From the NCBI GenBank assembly GCA_022450005.1, contig JAKURE010000004.1:1-50637 (forward strand): a stretch of 50,637 nucleotides of DNA, given 5' to 3'. The stretch's first letter is position 1; every line of letters begins with the position of its first letter. Positions 7,136-17,136 of this stretch are shown piece by piece. Source of the stretch: Halobacteriales archaeon (lineage in GTDB: Archaea; Halobacteriota; Halobacteria; Halobacteriales; Hikarchaeaceae). The notes under the pieces are model-generated. The model did no database searches. It was not told the origin of the DNA and saw only the letters and a program-made list of their open reading frames with translations. A program made the translations under genes and the position numbers.

Positions 7136-8002
7136 ATGAATGTCGGGTTTTTATATTCCCAAATTAGGGCGGACGAGAAGTTACTTCTAACCGAATTGAG
7201 GTCTAGAGGCCACGACATACTCAAAATAGATGTCCGAAAACATCAATTTTCTATACAAGGTCCTTCCTCTGAATTCAAAGATTTAGATGTTGTAATCGAT
7301 AGATGTATAGCACAAAGCCAAAGTAAATTTGCTTCTCTCTTTTTTGCTTCATATGGCATTCCTATCATCAACGATCCTATGGTCGTCGAACGGTGTTCTG
7401 ATAAAGTTAAAACCAGTCTTTTACTAGCGAATGCGGGAATACCCACTCCCGAAACAACGATAGCATTTTCTCCGGAAAGTGCTCTCGAAACAATCGAAAC
7501 CATGGGATATCCTTGTGTAATAAAACCAATTGTGGGGTCCTGGGGGCGCCTAATGGCAAAAATAGACACCAGAGCTGCCGCAGAGGCAATTATAGAACAC
7601 AAAGCAACACTTGGGCACTATGAACACAAAATTTTCTATATACAGAAATTTATCAATAAACCCAACCGGGATATCCGTGTAGTTGCAGTCGATGGGAATG
7701 CCATCGCCGCAATGACTAGAACTTCAACACATTGGCTAACAAACGCTGCAAAAGGAGCCACAGTCGATGCATATAATATACCCAAAGAAGTAGCGTCACT
7801 CGTCGAAAAAGCTTCGAAAGTCGTTGGAGGAGGCTTACTCGGGGTCGATCTTATGGAACTCGACGATGGAGGATTTACTGTGCACGAAATTAACCCTGGA
7901 ACTGAATTCAAAGCACTCAATGAATGTGTGGATGTAGATGTTCCTTCTCATATAATTAATTGGATAGAATCCGTTACTAACAAAAAAGGTGAAACCCAAT
8001 GA
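7136..8002 (+). CDS. argX: Glutamate--LysW ligase (RimK/LysX ATP-grasp family)
   Basis: Likely start MNVGFLYS; KPIVGSWGRLMAKI, WLTNAAKG, GVDLME, HEIN motifs; follows lysW within an arg cluster. Confidence 0.92.
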   Translation: MNVGFLYSQIRADEKLLLTELRSRGHDILKIDVRKHQFSIQGPSSEFKDLDVVIDRCIAQSQSKFASLFFASYGIPIINDPMVVERCSDKVKTSLLLANAGIPTPETTIAFSPESALETIETMGYPCVIKPIVGSWGRLMAKIDTRAAAEAIIEHKATLGHYEHKIFYIQKFINKPNRDIRVVAVDGNAIAAMTRTSTHWLTNAAKGATVDAYNIPKEVASLVEKASKVVGGGLLGVDLMELDDGGFTVHEINPGTEFKALNECVDVDVPSHIINWIESVTNKKGETQ

Positions 8003-9039
8003 CATTTTCAGCCTCTGTAATTGGGGCAAGTGGTTTCACCGGAGGAGAGTTGCTAAGGCTACTAACCGACCATCCCCAATTCGAAATAAAGCAAGCTACC
8101 AGTCGTAAATATTCTGGCCGTTCTATCGGATACACACACCCAAACCTTCGAGATTTGAAATTAAAATATTCTTCCCCTGAAGAACTAGAATCTGTCGACG
8201 TACTCTTTGCGGCAACTCCTCATGGGGTTTCTATGAGTAGGATCGATGATTTTTCTGAAGCTTCTGATATTGTGGTGGATCTAAGTGCAGACTTTAGACT
8301 CAAAGATCCTCAGAAATATGATCAATATTACGATGGCCATTCTCGCCCAGAATTACTTGAAAAAGCCGTCTATGGACTCCCCGAGATCCACCGAGAACAT
8401 TTACGATCCGCAAAACTAATTGCTTGTGGTGGGTGCAACTCTACAGTCACCCTTCTTGGCCTGTATCCTTTGTTCAAAACAGGAATACTAACCCCAAAAG
8501 ACACTATCGTAGCAGATATAAAAGTTGGTTCCTCCGAAGGGGGAGCTAGTGGGAGTACCTCCTCTCACCATGCAATCCGATCTGGTATCGTTCGTCCTTA
8601 CGCTCCAACTGGCCATAGACACGAAGCAGAAATAGAACAAGAACTAGGCTCAAACGTAGCCTTCACAGTTCATGCAGTCGATATGATTAGGGGGGCATCT
8701 GCAACATGCCACAGTTTCCCAACAAAACAGAACTTAGACAAACCAATGATTTGGCAAGCATATAGGAATTCTTACGAAAATGAACCATTTGTCAATTTAT
8801 TGAGTGGCGCTGGGGGAAACTATCGCTACCCCGAACCAAAGGTAGTTGCTGGAACCAACAATGTGGAAATAGCATTTGAAATCGATGAAAGGAACAACAG
8901 AATCGTAGTCTTTTCTGTGATTGATAATATGATGAAAGGATCTGCAGGACAAGCTATTCACGCTACCAATATAGCGCTCGGTCTCGACGAAACCTTGGGG
9001 CTTTCATATAGAAGTTTACACCCCACTGGGTCACCCTAA
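7999..9039 (+). CDS. argC: [LysW]-glutamyl-phosphate reductase (ArgC/LysY)
   Basis: GASGFTGGELLRLL, DLSADFRL, DNMMKGSAGQA. Confidence 0.95.
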   Translation: MTFSASVIGASGFTGGELLRLLTDHPQFEIKQATSRKYSGRSIGYTHPNLRDLKLKYSSPEELESVDVLFAATPHGVSMSRIDDFSEASDIVVDLSADFRLKDPQKYDQYYDGHSRPELLEKAVYGLPEIHREHLRSAKLIACGGCNSTVTLLGLYPLFKTGILTPKDTIVADIKVGSSEGGASGSTSSHHAIRSGIVRPYAPTGHRHEAEIEQELGSNVAFTVHAVDMIRGASATCHSFPTKQNLDKPMIWQAYRNSYENEPFVNLLSGAGGNYRYPEPKVVAGTNNVEIAFEIDERNNRIVVFSVIDNMMKGSAGQAIHATNIALGLDETLGLSYRSLHPTGSP

Positions 9040-9062
9040 TTTAACAGCATTATAACTTAATT

Positions 9063-9884
9063 ATGACTATTGTATTGAAAATTGGAGGGGCGAAAGCAGT
9101 TGATCCAGCAGGGGCTCTAGATGACATTGCCCACTTATCTTCTCAGGGAAATTCACTCATCATAGTCCATGGGGGGTCAACCGCAATAGATGAAAATCTA
9201 GAGCGAATGGGACTATCTCCAAATTATGTAGAAACACCCGCAGGTGTTATAGGGCGTTTCACCGACGAAGCCACAATGAAGGTATTCACCATGACCATGG
9301 CGGGGTCACTCAATACGAATCTCGTAGTAAAATTACAAAATTTAAATATCAATGCCGTGGGCCTTTCTGGCGTCGATGGGCGTTTACTATATGGACCTAG
9401 AAAAGATTCTATCCGTGCCATCGAAAATGGAAAGAAAAAAATCCTCAGGGGAGACCATTCTGGTAAGATCACTTCTGTCAACACAGACCTGATACAACTT
9501 TTACTTGACAATGGCTATGTCCCTGTGATCTCCCCCCCTATGCTGGCCGAAGATGGTATAGCAGTCAATACGGATGCTGATAGGGCCTCATCATCACTTG
9601 CAGGATCCCTATCTGCAACTTTAGTTTCCCTAACAGACGTTTCAGGTATCTACCGCGATATATCCGATCCTACTACTCTCATCCCTTCTGCACAAACACC
9701 GGAACAATATTCCCTTCTTCAAAACGCGGCAGAAGGATTTATGACACGCAAGTTAATGGCTGCTACAGATGCACTCCAACAAGGAGCAGAAAAAGCCATA
9801 ATAGCTAGTGCAAACGAAGAACATCCTCTCCTTTCTGCACTCGATGGTGGTGGAACTCATATCTACCCTGAGGCGATATTGTGA
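9063..9884 (+). CDS. argB: [LysW]-glutamate kinase (ArgB/LysZ)
   Basis: VLKIGG, VHGGS, NTDADRA. Confidence 0.95.
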   Translation: MTIVLKIGGAKAVDPAGALDDIAHLSSQGNSLIIVHGGSTAIDENLERMGLSPNYVETPAGVIGRFTDEATMKVFTMTMAGSLNTNLVVKLQNLNINAVGLSGVDGRLLYGPRKDSIRAIENGKKKILRGDHSGKITSVNTDLIQLLLDNGYVPVISPPMLAEDGIAVNTDADRASSSLAGSLSATLVSLTDVSGIYRDISDPTTLIPSAQTPEQYSLLQNAAEGFMTRKLMAATDALQQGAEKAIIASANEEHPLLSALDGGGTHIYPEAIL

Positions 9885-11017
9885 ATAATTTTATTTTTTC
9901 TAGGAAAAATATCCAAATAACTCATGGAAATGGGGTTCACCTCTATGACACTGATGGCACCGAATATTTAGATTTAGGAGCTAGTTATGCATGCGTTCCT
10001 GCAGGACATAACCATCCACATGTACTCTCCGAAATACAAAACCAACTAGAAAAAATAACCTACATACAAGGGTCCTATCCAATTTCCATACGTGATGATT
10101 TCTATAATAAATTAGTTGAAATATCTCCTGGGGACATAAAAAATATTTGGCTCTCCAATTCAGGAACCGAAGCCAATGAGGCAGCCATAAAATTCGCCCG
10201 TCATGCAACTCAAAGGTCTCAAATTATATCAACTAAACAAGCTTTTCATGGCAGAACTATGGGTTCTCTTTCTGCCACTTGGAAACCAACTTACAAGAAA
10301 GGATTTGGACCACTTATCTCCGACATCAATTTCGTTAACTTTGGAGACGTCGAATCTTTGACAGATTGTATATCTGAAAACACAGCTGCTGTTATAGTTG
10401 AACCCATACAAGGGGAAGGAGGAGTAAATCTCCCTCCTTCTAACTACCTACAAGAAGTTAGGAAAATCACTGAAGAAGTCGGCGCAGTCATGATACTCGA
10501 TGAAATCCAAACCGGTCTTGGAAGGACTGGTTCATTTTGGAATTGTAATCATACCAATGTAGTCCCGGACATACTTACTTCTGCAAAAGGACTAGCAAAT
10601 GGATTGCCCATTGGAGTAACCTTATGTAAAGATTGGATTGCAGAGAATCCTGGGAATCATGGAAGCACTTTTAGCGGAGGACCCGTTGTTTGCGCCGCAG
10701 GCAACGCTACTATAGATGTCATTTTGAATGAAAATCTACCTGAAAACGCATCTAAAATTGGTTCCTATCTACTCAAAGAATTAAAAGAAACCATCGGAAC
10801 AAGAACACGTGATATACGTGGTTCTGGTCTGTTAATCGGAATTGAGGTAAAACGTGGATCTGGTTCTATACTCGGGAAACTTGCGAGAGATCATGGAATT
10901 CTGGCATTACCTGCAGGAAAAACAGTCGTCCGTATTTTGCCACCTTTAACCCTCGATCGTTCCCATGCAGACGATTTCATATCTGCAATGGATAGCCTCC
11001 CGGAGGATATATTATGA
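9881..11017 (+). CDS. argD: [LysW]-ornithine aminotransferase (ArgD/LysJ), class III
   Basis: NSGTEANEAAIK, FHGRT, EPIQGEGG, DEIQTGLGRTG, AKGLANG. Confidence 0.95.
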   Translation: MNNFIFSRKNIQITHGNGVHLYDTDGTEYLDLGASYACVPAGHNHPHVLSEIQNQLEKITYIQGSYPISIRDDFYNKLVEISPGDIKNIWLSNSGTEANEAAIKFARHATQRSQIISTKQAFHGRTMGSLSATWKPTYKKGFGPLISDINFVNFGDVESLTDCISENTAAVIVEPIQGEGGVNLPPSNYLQEVRKITEEVGAVMILDEIQTGLGRTGSFWNCNHTNVVPDILTSAKGLANGLPIGVTLCKDWIAENPGNHGSTFSGGPVVCAAGNATIDVILNENLPENASKIGSYLLKELKETIGTRTRDIRGSGLLIGIEVKRGSGSILGKLARDHGILALPAGKTVVRILPPLTLDRSHADDFISAMDSLPEDIL

Positions 11018-12084
11018 GTTCCAAATGGAGCAAAAAAGAAGCAAAATCTTTACTCTTCGATTTGGTATCTACCCCCTCTTATTCGGGAAAAGAAGCACAA
11101 TGTGCAGAAAAACTAATGAATTTTTTCCAAACTCACCAACGGGAGGCATGGATAGACGAAGCTGGAAATGTGCATTCTCCCTCAAATGATGCAGTTCTTC
11201 TAACTTCTCACATGGACACTGTGCCTGGAGATATTCCCGTTAAACTAGATGGAGATGTGCTTTGGGGCCGGGGTTCTGTGGATGCAAAAGGACCACTCGC
11301 TTCCATGGCCATTTCTGCAATTTCCACTGGAGTAAGTTTTGTAGGAGTTGTAAGTGAAGAACACAATTCATATGGGGCAAGACATTTAGTCAAAACCAGA
11401 GAATCCATTCCTGACAATGTGATCAACGGAGAGCCTAGTGGATGGGATGGTATTGCTCTTGGTTATAGGGGTCTACTCAACGGAACATACGTAGCAACAA
11501 GCAGATCTGGACACACCTCCCGTCCTGAAAAAAATGCCCTCCAAGATGCAATAGATTGGTGGTCCACTGTCGAGGCACGTTTCACAGCAGACGATTGGCC
11601 ATCTGAAATTTCACAAACACATCTTGAAAATTCTATTTTCGAACAGGTTACCCCAAAACCGATTACAATCACTGGTGGTATTAGCGAAGATGGACTTTCT
11701 GTAGAAGTCACTTTCGACGTCCAATTCCGCGTCCCACCAAATTTATCCGTAGATGAGGTCCGTGAAATAGCCGACAACGAATTGACCACCGGAACCGTCC
11801 GCTGGAAAGATATGGTCAATCCAGTTATGATGAGCGCTAGGACCCCCCCTGCAAGAGCATTCCGCGCGGCAATACGAACTTTTGGAGGAGTTCCTAGGCA
11901 ATTACGAAAAACCGGAACTAGTGATATGAATATTTACTCCGAATCCTGGGATGTCCCTATGGTTACATATGGACCTGGTGATTCTTCACTTGACCATGCT
12001 CCAGACGAACGAATTTCGATATCAGAATTCTATCTCAGCATAGATGTTCTCAACAACGTTTGCAAAAGACTATCAAAATTATGA
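11014..12084 (+). CDS. argE: [LysW]-ornithine hydrolase (ArgE/LysK, M20 family)
   Basis: SHMDTVPG, GRGSVDAKG, EE, GTSDMN, YGPGDSSLDH. Confidence 0.93.
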   Translation: MSSKWSKKEAKSLLFDLVSTPSYSGKEAQCAEKLMNFFQTHQREAWIDEAGNVHSPSNDAVLLTSHMDTVPGDIPVKLDGDVLWGRGSVDAKGPLASMAISAISTGVSFVGVVSEEHNSYGARHLVKTRESIPDNVINGEPSGWDGIALGYRGLLNGTYVATSRSGHTSRPEKNALQDAIDWWSTVEARFTADDWPSEISQTHLENSIFEQVTPKPITITGGISEDGLSVEVTFDVQFRVPPNLSVDEVREIADNELTTGTVRWKDMVNPVMMSARTPPARAFRAAIRTFGGVPRQLRKTGTSDMNIYSESWDVPMVTYGPGDSSLDHAPDERISISEFYLSIDVLNNVCKRLSKL

Positions 12085-12998
12085 CCCACTTACTAGATAT
12101 AGATGATTTAACTAAAACGGATATTGATTCTATTTTAAAACTCGCAACAGAATTAAAACAGTCCCAAATTGATGGAAACGTTCCATCTTTACTCCATGGG
12201 AAAACGCTATCTATGCTATTCGAAAAACCTAGTACTCGCACACGTGTTTCATTTGAGGTTGGGATGAATATGCTCGGGGGAGATGCAATAACATTTGATT
12301 TATCCCAATTACAATTAAGTAGAGGGGAAACACTTTCCGATACTACAAAATCTCTTTCACTTTATGTAGATGCAATCTTGGCAAGAGTCACTGATCATTC
12401 CCTGTTAGAACAATTATCGTTAACATCTACAATTCCCATTATTAATGGTTTATCGGATAAATCTCACCCCTGCCAAGCCCTAGCAGATTTATTAACTATT
12501 TATGAAAATTTTGGAAACTTTGATGTCCAAGCAGCTTGGGTTGGAGATGGTAATAATGTCGCAAATTCTTTCGCCAGGGCATGTTCCATTATGGGAATAG
12601 ATCTAGTCATGGCCACTCCTAAAGGGTATGAACTTTCACCCGAAACTTTATCGAAAATAGAATCTTCCGGAATTTCTTTTTCTGCAACACATGACCCCCG
12701 AAAAGCGGTTTCAGAAGCCGATGTGGTATATACCGATACCTGGGTTAGTATGGGAGACGAATCTACAAGAGACAAACGTTTATCCGACTTCGATGGTTTC
12801 CAAATAAATTCTAAATTATTAGACAAAACCGAAGCTTTGGTTATGCATTGTTTACCTGCACACAGGGACGAAGAAATTTCTACAGATATCCTTGATGGGA
12901 ATAGATCTTTGGTCTGGACCCAAGCAGAAAATAGACTCCACGCACAAAATGGACTGTTAGTTCATATCCTCAACCCCACCCAAGACATCCCCGAATAA
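12081..12998 (+). CDS. argF: Ornithine carbamoyltransferase
   Basis: FEKPSTRT, HPCQALAD, MHCLPAHR; start MTHLLDID overlaps the argE stop. Confidence 0.97.
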   Translation: MTHLLDIDDLTKTDIDSILKLATELKQSQIDGNVPSLLHGKTLSMLFEKPSTRTRVSFEVGMNMLGGDAITFDLSQLQLSRGETLSDTTKSLSLYVDAILARVTDHSLLEQLSLTSTIPIINGLSDKSHPCQALADLLTIYENFGNFDVQAAWVGDGNNVANSFARACSIMGIDLVMATPKGYELSPETLSKIESSGISFSATHDPRKAVSEADVVYTDTWVSMGDESTRDKRLSDFDGFQINSKLLDKTEALVMHCLPAHRDEEISTDILDGNRSLVWTQAENRLHAQNGLLVHILNPTQDIPE

Positions 12999-13030
12999 CA
13001 CCGAATATCTCCTCCAAAATTCATTAATCC

Positions 13031-13855
13031 ATGGAAATTTTTGACCTTTGGTATTTCGCTATAATCACTCTATTTTTTCTCGGTTATTTTCTTCATAGAC
13101 ACCATACAATCACAACAAAAATACCCTTTAGCCCACTTTTTGGAAACCTCAAAATAGGAAGTAACTATTTGTCCAACTACGATCTCCCCCTTTCGCCCCC
13201 TCCCAATGGAGAGATAGATGATATAAACCATTTTTCTGGACCTAATTTTGACCCAACTATTCTCTCACCCTCTGTCAAACATTTTTACGAACAAACTTCT
13301 TCTTATTCACTCAATTATCGCGTATTTTGGCATTTTCCATTTAGAACTGGAGCATTTGTGGCTAGCTACTTGACTTCCTACATCGAACAATTAAACCTCC
13401 CTGGAAAAAACGGCGAACTCCACGAAATGAAAAGCGAATTTGTCACCATTCCCCCTTCAATTGACCCTCGAAGTGGAACTAGGGCCTGGATTCGAACCAA
13501 TTCTTCCAATGAAACCATCTTCGTCGCGTTCTATGCCACTCATAAGAAAGAATCCACAACCTATGTTAATATCGCAGCACCCTTGCCTTTCTCCAATCTT
13601 AGCACTGTTTTAAATATCAAAAATTTTGAATCTGGAATTGAGCTAAACACTCTTCCATCTACCAGCGATGGGGGTATCTACCTAATCACTCCTATAGGGC
13701 CAATTTCTCTTCCCCTATCACAAAGATTCCAAGTTTTACCCTCTACCTTTTCTCCCTCCTCGAACCTCCCCCCTGAAACTATAATTGCAACCCATGAAAT
13801 GTGGGTATGTGGACTTAAATTTCTTACAATATCCTACATAGCTAATAAAACCTAA
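13031..13855 (+). CDS. Hypothetical protein with N-terminal membrane anchor (possibly YndG-like)
   Basis: 274-aa ORF, one N-terminal TM, FYEQTS.Y.L and YVNIAAPLPFSNL segments; family assignment tentative. Confidence 0.6.
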   Translation: MEIFDLWYFAIITLFFLGYFLHRHHTITTKIPFSPLFGNLKIGSNYLSNYDLPLSPPPNGEIDDINHFSGPNFDPTILSPSVKHFYEQTSSYSLNYRVFWHFPFRTGAFVASYLTSYIEQLNLPGKNGELHEMKSEFVTIPPSIDPRSGTRAWIRTNSSNETIFVAFYATHKKESTTYVNIAAPLPFSNLSTVLNIKNFESGIELNTLPSTSDGGIYLITPIGPISLPLSQRFQVLPSTFSPSSNLPPETIIATHEMWVCGLKFLTISYIANKT

Positions 13856-13893
13856 CTCGATGACTTTAATTGCAACTCAAAAGTACTCCGACT

Positions 13894-15060
13894 ATGGTCG
13901 AAGACTTTTTGATGCTAAACCCCGGTCCGGTACCTCTCTCAAAAAATGTAAGAGATGAAATGGCCCGCACGTTAGTTTCTCATAGGTCCCCTGAATTCGC
14001 AGAAACATATCAACAATTTAGAGATGGTCTGGACTATGTGTTTCGACACTCCACGATCGATGGCAGCTCTAGTACTGATAATGGAATGAGCATACCACTT
14101 ATGGGGACTGCAACCATGGGGATGGAATCGGCAATCATCAACCTAGCTGGCCCAAAAGACGAAGTAGTCGCACTAGATAATGGAAAATTTGGAGAACGCT
14201 TTGTGGATATTGCAGATCGAAATTGTATGGTCAAACCCATTCGAGCGAATTGGGGTGATTCTTTCGACATGGAATCTATCAAAGAAACAATTACTTCCAA
14301 TACCCATCTAGTCGCAATGGTCCACCAAGATACCTCTACAGGAATCTTGAATCCTATCAAAGAAGTTGGGGAAATAGCGAAAGAAAATGGGGCCTTTTTC
14401 GTAGTTGATGGGGTCTCCTGTATTGGGGGAGATGAATTTAAAATTGATGAATGGGGTGTAGACGTAGTTGTAGCAGATGCACAAAAAGCGTTAGCTTCTC
14501 CCCCTGGAATTAGCGCAATTTTTGCCACCGAACACGCGCTCGAATCCTTCGACAACACCCACGCTGGATATTACCAAGACCTCCCTGCGTATGTCAAAAC
14601 AACAAAACAAAACAAAACACCATTTACTAGTGCTGTAACTCTAGTACGGGCGTTCGTAGTTGCACTAGAGAACATCAAAGAAGAAGGAATTCAAAATAGA
14701 ATTTCCCGCCACAGGACACAAGCTATAGCAAATCGTGCAGCATTTGCAGATATGGGCCTTCCAATGTTTCCAAATTTAAATGACCATAGTGACTATTCAA
14801 ATACCGTGACTGTTGTCAATCTACCCGATCCAATTTCTGGTAATTCTTCGGATTTTTTCAACGCGATGAAACAAAGAAATGTTACTGCTAGCGGGGGGCA
14901 TGCACACCTCAAAGACCTCATCTTGCGTATGTCTAATATGGGAGATCTTTCAACTGCACAAGTACTTCGGGGAATTCAAACAGTCGGAGAAGCTCTATGT
15001 GATTGTGGAGTTAACGTAGACACTGATTCTGCTCTTGATATCGCGGGAAAAATACTATAA
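13894..15060 (+). CDS. Class V PLP aminotransferase (serine-pyruvate/alanine-glyoxylate family)
   Basis: MLNPGPVP, SHRSPEF, NGKFGERF, DTSTG, VDGVS, QKALASPPG. Confidence 0.92.
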   Translation: MVEDFLMLNPGPVPLSKNVRDEMARTLVSHRSPEFAETYQQFRDGLDYVFRHSTIDGSSSTDNGMSIPLMGTATMGMESAIINLAGPKDEVVALDNGKFGERFVDIADRNCMVKPIRANWGDSFDMESIKETITSNTHLVAMVHQDTSTGILNPIKEVGEIAKENGAFFVVDGVSCIGGDEFKIDEWGVDVVVADAQKALASPPGISAIFATEHALESFDNTHAGYYQDLPAYVKTTKQNKTPFTSAVTLVRAFVVALENIKEEGIQNRISRHRTQAIANRAAFADMGLPMFPNLNDHSDYSNTVTVVNLPDPISGNSSDFFNAMKQRNVTASGGHAHLKDLILRMSNMGDLSTAQVLRGIQTVGEALCDCGVNVDTDSALDIAGKIL

Positions 15061-15191
15061 TTTATATCCACTTTTCCAGTAAATATTCGCAATTATTAGT
15101 TATATTTATTCAAATAATTATACGTAACAGTTATATTACCCCCCATAAATATACATAATACAAAACTTTGGTCTACAAAGAGGAAAACATC

Positions 15192-16391
15192 ATGAATACC
15201 ACACGAGACATAGTGGATCTCGGCGAATTCACATTCGCTTGCGGCGAATCCATCTCAAATCTAACACTAGCATACGAAACTTACGGCGAATTCACCGGGG
15301 ATAATGCTATCCTAGTTTGCCATGCACTAACTGGGAGTACCCATATTGCTGGTCATCACCGAACTGATACCACTGGCCAAGCACGTGCGTGGTGGGACAC
15401 TATGGTTGGTCCTGGAAAATCAATCGATACCACTGATTATTATATCGTCTGTGTCAATTTAGTTGGATCTTGTTATGGTTCATCTGGACCTTCTTCAATT
15501 TCTCCAGAGACTGGGTCTCCCTACGCCACTACATTCCCTCCCGTAACTGTCACCGACTGGACACATTCCCAAAGAATGCTACTAGACCACTTAGGAGTCG
15601 GACGGTTACACGCCGTTATTGGGGGATCTGTAGGAGGCATGAATGCTCTGGAGTGGGCCAAAATCTATCCTGATGATATAAATCGACTCATACCAATTGC
15701 AACCGCAGCAAGATTAGATTCCCAATGCATCGCATTGGATTCCATCGCAAGTAGATCTATTACTGGCGATCCAAACTGGAATGGAGGGAATTACTACGGT
15801 TCCACTCCCCCCTACCAGGGATTGGCACAAGCAAGAAAAATTGGCCATGTAATGTATCTTTCAAAAGAATCAATGCTAGCTAAATTTGGTAGGAGATCTG
15901 CTGGGAGGGATTCACTCTATGACTTTTCACCATCGGATCAAGCAGCAGCATTCTTTCCCTACACCGAAGTCGAATCTTATTTAGATTATAATTCTGAAAA
16001 GTTCACAACTAGATTCGATCCTAATAGTTACCTATACTTGCTCCGAGCAATGGATAATTATGATTTATCTTCTGGATATGAGTCTGATTCCGATGCAATT
16101 TCTGCATTTACCGGAGAAGTTCTCTTGATATCTTTTACCGGAGATTGGCATTTCCCTAGTTCTGCCTCCGAAGAACTAGCACATTCCTTTAGAGATGCAA
16201 ATATCAACACAATCCATCATGTCATCGATTCACCATATGGACACGACGCGTTTCTTGTAGAGCCAAACAACGTTGGTCCTCCCATCTCCGGATTCCTCTC
16301 AGATGGAATAAATTCAAGTTCAATTACAGATACGCTATCCGAACCAAAAAGCAAATTCGCCCCTGTCCATAATAGTCTCTTCTCCAATTAA
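15192..16391 (+). CDS. metX: Homoserine O-acetyltransferase
   Basis: LVCHALTG, GGSVGGM nucleophile elbow, RFDPNSY, GHDAFL. Confidence 0.93.
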   Translation: MNTTRDIVDLGEFTFACGESISNLTLAYETYGEFTGDNAILVCHALTGSTHIAGHHRTDTTGQARAWWDTMVGPGKSIDTTDYYIVCVNLVGSCYGSSGPSSISPETGSPYATTFPPVTVTDWTHSQRMLLDHLGVGRLHAVIGGSVGGMNALEWAKIYPDDINRLIPIATAARLDSQCIALDSIASRSITGDPNWNGGNYYGSTPPYQGLAQARKIGHVMYLSKESMLAKFGRRSAGRDSLYDFSPSDQAAAFFPYTEVESYLDYNSEKFTTRFDPNSYLYLLRAMDNYDLSSGYESDSDAISAFTGEVLLISFTGDWHFPSSASEELAHSFRDANINTIHHVIDSPYGHDAFLVEPNNVGPPISGFLSDGINSSSITDTLSEPKSKFAPVHNSLFSN

Positions 16392-16404
16392 GTGCCCTTC
16401 TATC

Positions 16405-17040
16405 TCACAAAATATTTTTTTCTGTTAACAACTCTCGTAATTCTCCCACCGTATCCACAACAACATCACAATACTGCTTCACAATTCCCTTCGGTCTGAA
16501 TCCTATGGAGAAACCAGCCCTTTCTAACATAGGGATGTCATTAGCCCCATCTCCAATGGCGACCACTTCTTCTATTGATATCTTTCCCATTGCACAAATT
16601 TTATCTAGGGCCTCTCTTTTTGATTTATGCATAAATTCTCCCCGCACTTCTCCTGTAAGATGCCCTTTCTCTACCATGAGGTCATTAGCAACAATCCAAT
16701 CTACACTCGTATCTGAATTTTCTAGTGCCCTTTCTACCCCCTCTACAAATCCCCCTGTTATGATTGCAATTTTTATATTTTTTTCCTTTAAATTTTCTAA
16801 TAATTCTCCCATCCCCGGGCGTAAATACGTATTTTGATAAACCTTACCTGCATCTTTCTCCGAGAGGCCTTTTAACAAACCTGTCCGTAAATTGAGACTC
16901 TCACCAAAACTTATCTCACCCCTCATACCCCTTTCTGTAATTTCACTTATCTGGGATCTGTGGCCCACTTCCGTAGCTAATTCAACTATCATTTCCCCTT
17001 CCGATAATGTCCCATCGAAGTCAAATACCACAAGCTGCAC
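16405..17040 (-). CDS. serB: Phosphoserine phosphatase (HAD)
   Basis: FDFDGTL, ITGGF, GDGANDIPML; divergent from serA. Confidence 0.93.
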   Translation of the reverse strand: MQLVVFDFDGTLSEGEMIVELATEVGHRSQISEITERGMRGEISFGESLNLRTGLLKGLSEKDAGKVYQNTYLRPGMGELLENLKEKNIKIAIITGGFVEGVERALENSDTSVDWIVANDLMVEKGHLTGEVRGEFMHKSKREALDKICAMGKISIEEVVAIGDGANDIPMLERAGFSIGFRPKGIVKQYCDVVVDTVGELRELLTEKNIL

Positions 17041-17136
17041 AACACTTTCCAGGTCTCTTTATATATATATTTTCTTAAAACTCCCTATTGCTTCCATAAG
17101 AAAGTGTTAATAATCGTCGACTAGTCTTCCCAAGTC

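Noticed and set aside
6910-12084. LysW cluster as a lysine (aminoadipate) pathway or a RiPP-like ATP-grasp system
   Set aside because: Flanking argG, argH and argF and the absence of homocitrate-pathway genes in the window fit the known LysW/ArgW-dependent arginine route
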